From the NCBI GenBank assembly GCA_031277255.1, contig JAITMS010000017.1, forward strand, positions 177 to 64,176: a stretch of 64,000 nt of DNA, written 5' to 3'. The notes beneath the pieces were generated by a model. It did not search any database. It saw only the letters and a list, made by a program, of their open reading frames with translations, and was not told where the DNA came from. The first letter of the stretch is position 1, and each line of letters starts with the position of its first letter. This DNA comes from Azonexus sp. Its GTDB lineage: Bacteria > Pseudomonadota > Gammaproteobacteria > Burkholderiales > Rhodocyclaceae. A program made the translations under genes and the position numbers. This document shows positions 60,272 through 64,000 of the stretch, one piece after another.

Positions 60272-62824
60272 TCAGATTTTCAACCGCTCCATCAACTCCG
60301 TCTCCAGCCGGATGCGGCTGGCGCTGTCGTCGAGGTCGCCGCCGCTCAACAGAAAGACATCTTCGACCCGTTCGCCCAAGGTGGCGATTTTGGCGGTTTG
60401 CAGATGCGCGCCGTGGCGGGCGAGGATGTTGGCGACGGCGTAGAGGAGGCCGGGGCGGTCGGCGGCGGTCAGCGAGAGGACAAAATTGCCGCCGCGTTCG
60501 TCTTCGACGATACGGGCTTCGGGTTTGATCGGAAAGTGTTTGACGTGGCGCGACAGCCAGCCGGTCGGCGGCGGCTCAAGCGGAGCCTGACGGAGCAGCC
60601 GTTGTTCCAGTTCGCGCTCGATGGCGCGGGCGGATTCGCGGTTGTTGTCGCGTTCTTCGGTGTCGAGCAGGACGAAGCTGTCGAGGGCGTAGCCGTGGGC
60701 GGTGGTGTGGATTTTGGCGTCGACGATGTTGTAGCCGTTGCGGGCCAGAAAGCCGACGATGCGGGCAAAGAGGTCGGGCTGATCCTGAGTGTAGACCATG
60801 ACTTGCAGGCCGTCGCTTTGCCGCCGGGCGCTGACGATGGGGCGACGGTTGTCGATACGGTAATGCAGCGCCCGCGTGTGCCAGGCGATTTCTTCCGCCG
60901 AATGGCGGAGAAAATAAACGGTGTCGAGCTGCTTCCACAGCCGCTCGTGCACGGTGTCGGGGAGGGCGAAATCGCGCAGCAGGGAGAGCGCCGCCGCCTG
61001 CCGTTCGGCGATGACGCCGTGGGCGGGCGGCGTTGCGCCCTGGTGCAGGCAATCCAGCGTCTGCCAATAGAGATCGGCGAGGAGCTTGCCTTTCCACTGG
61101 TTCCAGACTTTCGGGCTGGTGCCGCGAATGTCGGCGTGGGTGAGGAGATAAAGCGCCGTCAGGCGGCGGTCGTCACCGGCGAAACGGGAGAAATCGGCGA
61201 TCACCTGGGGGTCGCTGAGGTCTTTCTTTTGCGCCACGTGCGACAGGAATAAATGATGTTTGACCAGCCAGACGACCAGTTCCGTGTCTTCATCCGGGAG
61301 GCCGTGCTCCTCGCAGAACTGGCGGGCGTCGGCGGCGCCCTGTTCGGAATGGTCGCCGCCGCGTCCCTTGGCGATGTCGTGAAAGAGGGCGGCGATGTGG
61401 AGCAGCCAGTGGCGATCCACTTCGTTGATGAGGCGCGAGCATTCCGGGTATTCGTGGGCAAATTCGCTCATGGCGAAGCGGCGCAGATTGCGGATGACTT
61501 GCAGAATGTGCTGGTCGACGGTGTAGACGTGAAAGAGATCATGCTGCATCTGGCCGACGATGCGGCCAAAGTTGGGCAGGTAAGCGCCGAGGATGTCGAG
61601 CTGGTTCATCCGCCGTAGCGCCCGGACGACGCCGCGCGGACTCTGGAACAGACGCAGGAACGCCGCCCGCTGCGCCGGGCTGCCGCTTTTCTCCGGCGTG
61701 ATCCACTCGCGGCAGCGCCACAGGGCGCGTAGGGTGCGCGCCGTCAGGTCGTGCAGTTCCGGGTGTTGCTGCAAGCTGAGGAAGACGTCGAGAATGGCCG
61801 CCGGGCGGCGCTCGAACAGGGTTTCGTCACGCACGTCAAGGAGATTGCCGACGCTCTGGAAATCGTCGTCGATAACCTGCGGCAAGAGTTCGCGGGCAGG
61901 CGAGAGCGCCGCCTCCATGTTTTGCAGGAGGATGACGTTGAGCAGCATGACCGCCTTGGCGTTGCGGTAATACGCCTGCATCAGTTGCTCCGAGGCGCGG
62001 CGGGCGGGCGTGTCGGTAAAACCGGCGGCAGCGGCCAGTTGTTCCTGATAATCGAACAGGAGTTTTTCCTGCCGCCGCCCGGCGGCGTAATGCAGGCGGA
62101 TGCGCAGGTGGCGCAAGGTTTCTTCGCATTCCTCGGCGTGTTCGGCTTCATCAAGGCTGATCAGGCCGTGGCTTTCGAGATCGGCCCAATGGACGCCGTA
62201 ACCGGCGGCGCGGGCGATCCAGAAAATGGTCTGAATATCGCGCAGCCCGCCCGGCGACTCCTTGCAATTCGGCTCCAGACTGTAAGGCGTCTCGTCAAAA
62301 CGCTGGTAACGCTCCTGCTGCTCCAGGCGCTTGGCCGCGAGAAAAGCCAGCGGCTCAAACCGCTGGCGCAAGCGCCGTCCCAGTCGCGCAAACAGCGGGC
62401 CGTCGCCAATCAGCAAACGGGCTTCGAGCAGCGCCGTGCAGATGGTGATGTCATCCCTGGCGCGGCTGGCGCATTCGGCCACCGTGCGCACGCTATGACC
62501 GATTTCCAGCCCGATGTTCCAGAGGTGGCTGACGAGGATTTCCAGTTTTTCCCGCAACGCCTTGCCCGCCGGGCGCGGCAGCAAAATCAGCAGATCAACA
62601 TCGGAAGCCGGATAAAGCTCGCCCCGACCATAACCGCCCACCGCCACCAGCGCCGCCGTGGACGGCATGGCCATGCCTTGCCAGAGCTTCTTGAGAACGC
62701 TGTCGATAACGCCGCAACGCCCGCGCAGCAAGGCTGTGGCGTCGTTCATCCGCTCATAATCCCGCCGCAGTGCATCATGGGCCGTTTTGATCTCGCGGCG
62801 CAGAGAGGCGGGGTCGATGGGCAT
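60272..62824 (-). CDS. glnD: [protein-PII] uridylyltransferase/uridylyl-removing enzyme GlnD
   Basis: 850 aa. Nucleotidyltransferase [19 protein letters not shown] domain (HDIAKG), two C-terminal ACT domains. Confidence 0.95.
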   Translation of the reverse strand: MPIDPASLRREIKTAHDALRRDYERMNDATALLRGRCGVIDSVLKKLWQGMAMPSTAALVAVGGYGRGELYPASDVDLLILLPRPAGKALREKLEILVSHLWNIGLEIGHSVRTVAECASRARDDITICTALLEARLLIGDGPLFARLGRRLRQRFEPLAFLAAKRLEQQERYQRFDETPYSLEPNCKESPGGLRDIQTIFWIARAAGYGVHWADLESHGLISLDEAEHAEECEETLRHLRIRLHYAAGRRQEKLLFDYQEQLAAAAGFTDTPARRASEQLMQAYYRNAKAVMLLNVILLQNMEAALSPARELLPQVIDDDFQSVGNLLDVRDETLFERRPAAILDVFLSLQQHPELHDLTARTLRALWRCREWITPEKSGSPAQRAAFLRLFQSPRGVVRALRRMNQLDILGAYLPNFGRIVGQMQHDLFHVYTVDQHILQVIRNLRRFAMSEFAHEYPECSRLINEVDRHWLLHIAALFHDIAKGRGGDHSEQGAADARQFCEEHGLPDEDTELVVWLVKHHLFLSHVAQKKDLSDPQVIADFSRFAGDDRRLTALYLLTHADIRGTSPKVWNQWKGKLLADLYWQTLDCLHQGATPPAHGVIAERQAAALSLLRDFALPDTVHERLWKQLDTVYFLRHSAEEIAWHTRALHYRIDNRRPIVSARRQSDGLQVMVYTQDQPDLFARIVGFLARNGYNIVDAKIHTTAHGYALDSFVLLDTEERDNNRESARAIERELEQRLLRQAPLEPPPTGWLSRHVKHFPIKPEARIVEDERGGNFVLSLTAADRPGLLYAVANILARHGAHLQTAKIATLGERVEDVFLLSGGDLDDSASRIRLETELMERLKI

Positions 62825-62913
62825 GAGTCAGTTCAGGCCAGGCTCCCCTCCCCCCTCGCGGGGGAGGGGCTTTTGTGGCGAGGCCGCAGACGGCGGGGGA
62901 GGGGAGACATACG

Positions 62914-63714
62914 TCAGCCAATCCATTCCGGCTTGGCCCGGCAACCGGCGGAAAGGGTCATCACCTCGTAGCCGCTCTCCGTCACCAGCACCGTGTGTTC
63001 CCACTGCGCCGAGAGGCTGCGGTCCTTGGTGACGATGGTCCAGCCATCCGGCATTTCGCGGATCGCCGCCTTGCCCGCGTTAATCATCGGCTCAATGGTG
63101 AAGGTCATGCCCGGCTCCAGGCGCGGGCCGGTGCCAGCCTTGCCGTAGTGCAGCACCTGCGGCTCCTCGTGGAATTTCCGGCCAATGCCGTGGCCGCAAA
63201 ATTCGCGGACGACCGAGTAACCGTTTTTCTCGGCATGTTTTTGAATGACCGCCCCGATGTCGCCCAAAAAAGCGCCAGGCCGCACGACCGAGATGCCGAG
63301 CCACAGGCACTCAAAGGTAATCTCGCACAGACGCCGGGCTTGAATGGAGCCTGCGCCGACGATGAACATGCGGCTCGTGTCGCCATGAAAACCATCCTTG
63401 ATGGTCGTAATGTCGAGATTGACGATGTCGCCATTCTTGAGCACCCGCTCACCCGGCACGCCGTGGCAGACCTGCTGGTTGACCGAGGCGCAGATCGACT
63501 TCGGATACGGGTTGTAGCCGGAAGGCGCGTAATTGAGCGGGGCCGGGATGCAACCCTGAACATCGACCATCAGATCGTGACAGAGGCGATCCAGTTCATC
63601 GGTCGTGACGCCGGGCTTGACGAAGGGTTCGATATAGTCGAGCACCTCGCTGGCGAGACGCCCGGCGACGCGCATTTTTTCAATATCCTCAGGCGTTTTG
63701 ATCGAAATGCTCAT
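62914..63714 (-). CDS. map: type I methionine aminopeptidase
   Basis: IKTPEDIEKMRVAGRL, metal ligands in DIVNLDIT, GHGIG, EPMI, and HTVLVT motifs. Confidence 0.95.
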   Translation of the reverse strand: MSISIKTPEDIEKMRVAGRLASEVLDYIEPFVKPGVTTDELDRLCHDLMVDVQGCIPAPLNYAPSGYNPYPKSICASVNQQVCHGVPGERVLKNGDIVNLDITTIKDGFHGDTSRMFIVGAGSIQARRLCEITFECLWLGISVVRPGAFLGDIGAVIQKHAEKNGYSVVREFCGHGIGRKFHEEPQVLHYGKAGTGPRLEPGMTFTIEPMINAGKAAIREMPDGWTIVTKDRSLSAQWEHTVLVTESGYEVMTLSAGCRAKPEWIG

Positions 63715-63750
63715 GGCGGCGCGGCGTTGGGGGAGGGGAGTGAAGAATAG

Positions 63751-63895
63751 CAGAGGACAGAAGACTGAGGACAGAAGACAGAGAGGTGGTCAGTCGTCAG
63801 TCAGTTACCGGCGCGTAGCGCCGCAAACCAACAGATTACAGACCACTGAATACAAATCTGTCTTCTGTCCTCTGTCTTCTGTCTTCTGTCCTCTG
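63751..63895. repeat. heptamer-armed hairpin element, copy 4
   Basis: Left arm CAGAG GACAGAA GACTGAG GACAGAA GACAGAG AGG. Right arm CTGTCTTCTGTCCTCTGTCTTCTGTCTTCTGTCCTCTGG. The core is the reverse complement of the copy 1 core (GTATTCAGTG..., CGGCGCGTAGCGCCG). Confidence 0.8.
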
Positions 63896-63934
63896 GCATA
63901 CTGCCGCCGTTTTCAGACTACGGACGAGGCGGGG

Positions 63935-64000
63935 ATGACGATTCTTCTGCTGGGCAAGGACGGTCAGGTCGGTTGGCAGTTGCAACGCTCCCTGGCGCCG
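63935..64000 (+). CDS. rfbD: dTDP-4-dehydrorhamnose reductase, 5' end only (runs off the window)
   Basis: MTILLLGKDGQVGWQLQRSLAP matches the RfbD/RmlD N-terminus (GxxGQVG Rossmann loop). Confidence 0.75.
   Translation, partial: MTILLLGKDGQVGWQLQRSLAP

Overview
High-GC (about 63-67% by eye) chromosomal segment whose gene content looks betaproteobacterial, possibly Rhodocyclales-like; the taxon is a guess. Most of the window is housekeeping: menD, yajD, lexA with a perfect SOS box, msbA, cytochrome c', typA, moaA, tRNA-Asn, an AspC/TyrB aminotransferase, uvrB, rne, rluC, serB, DAHP synthase, mfd, glnD, map and the start of rfbD. Three things interrupt this backbone. (1) A roughly 23-kb co-directional block of visibly lower GC (21.8-45.7 kb). 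It holds a MarR-controlled CoA-thioester/molybdenum-hydroxylase cluster of unknown substrate. It also holds an AraC + aldehyde dehydrogenase + TTQ amine dehydrogenase operon of the aauBEDA + monoheme cytochrome type (no mauG, no cupredoxin), and a DUF1329/DUF1302/RND/BNR envelope module. (2) Small low-GC islets: a TylF-type methyltransferase at 6.1-7.0 kb, mazEF at 10.5-11.2 kb, and a 1.8-kb islet at 53.1-54.9 kb. (3) A dense set of nested REP/MITE-like repeats. I found no CRISPR array, integrase, transposase, prophage or recognisable defence system, and I cannot name a clear-cut new system. The most unusual points readable directly from the sequence are these. (a) The 3' end of mfd is duplicated, and the two copies bracket the 53-55 kb islet; the orphan copy still stop/start-overlaps the DAHP synthase gene. 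(b) A hairpin element whose arms are tandem heptamers (GACNGAR)n / (YTCNGTC)n occurs four times. One copy is read through in frame inside mfd, and others supply C-terminal codons and stop codons to typA and a ccoQ-like gene. (c) A seven-gene, stop/start-overlapped aromatic-amine-dehydrogenase-type operon. All product calls come from recognising translated motifs by eye. No database search was run.
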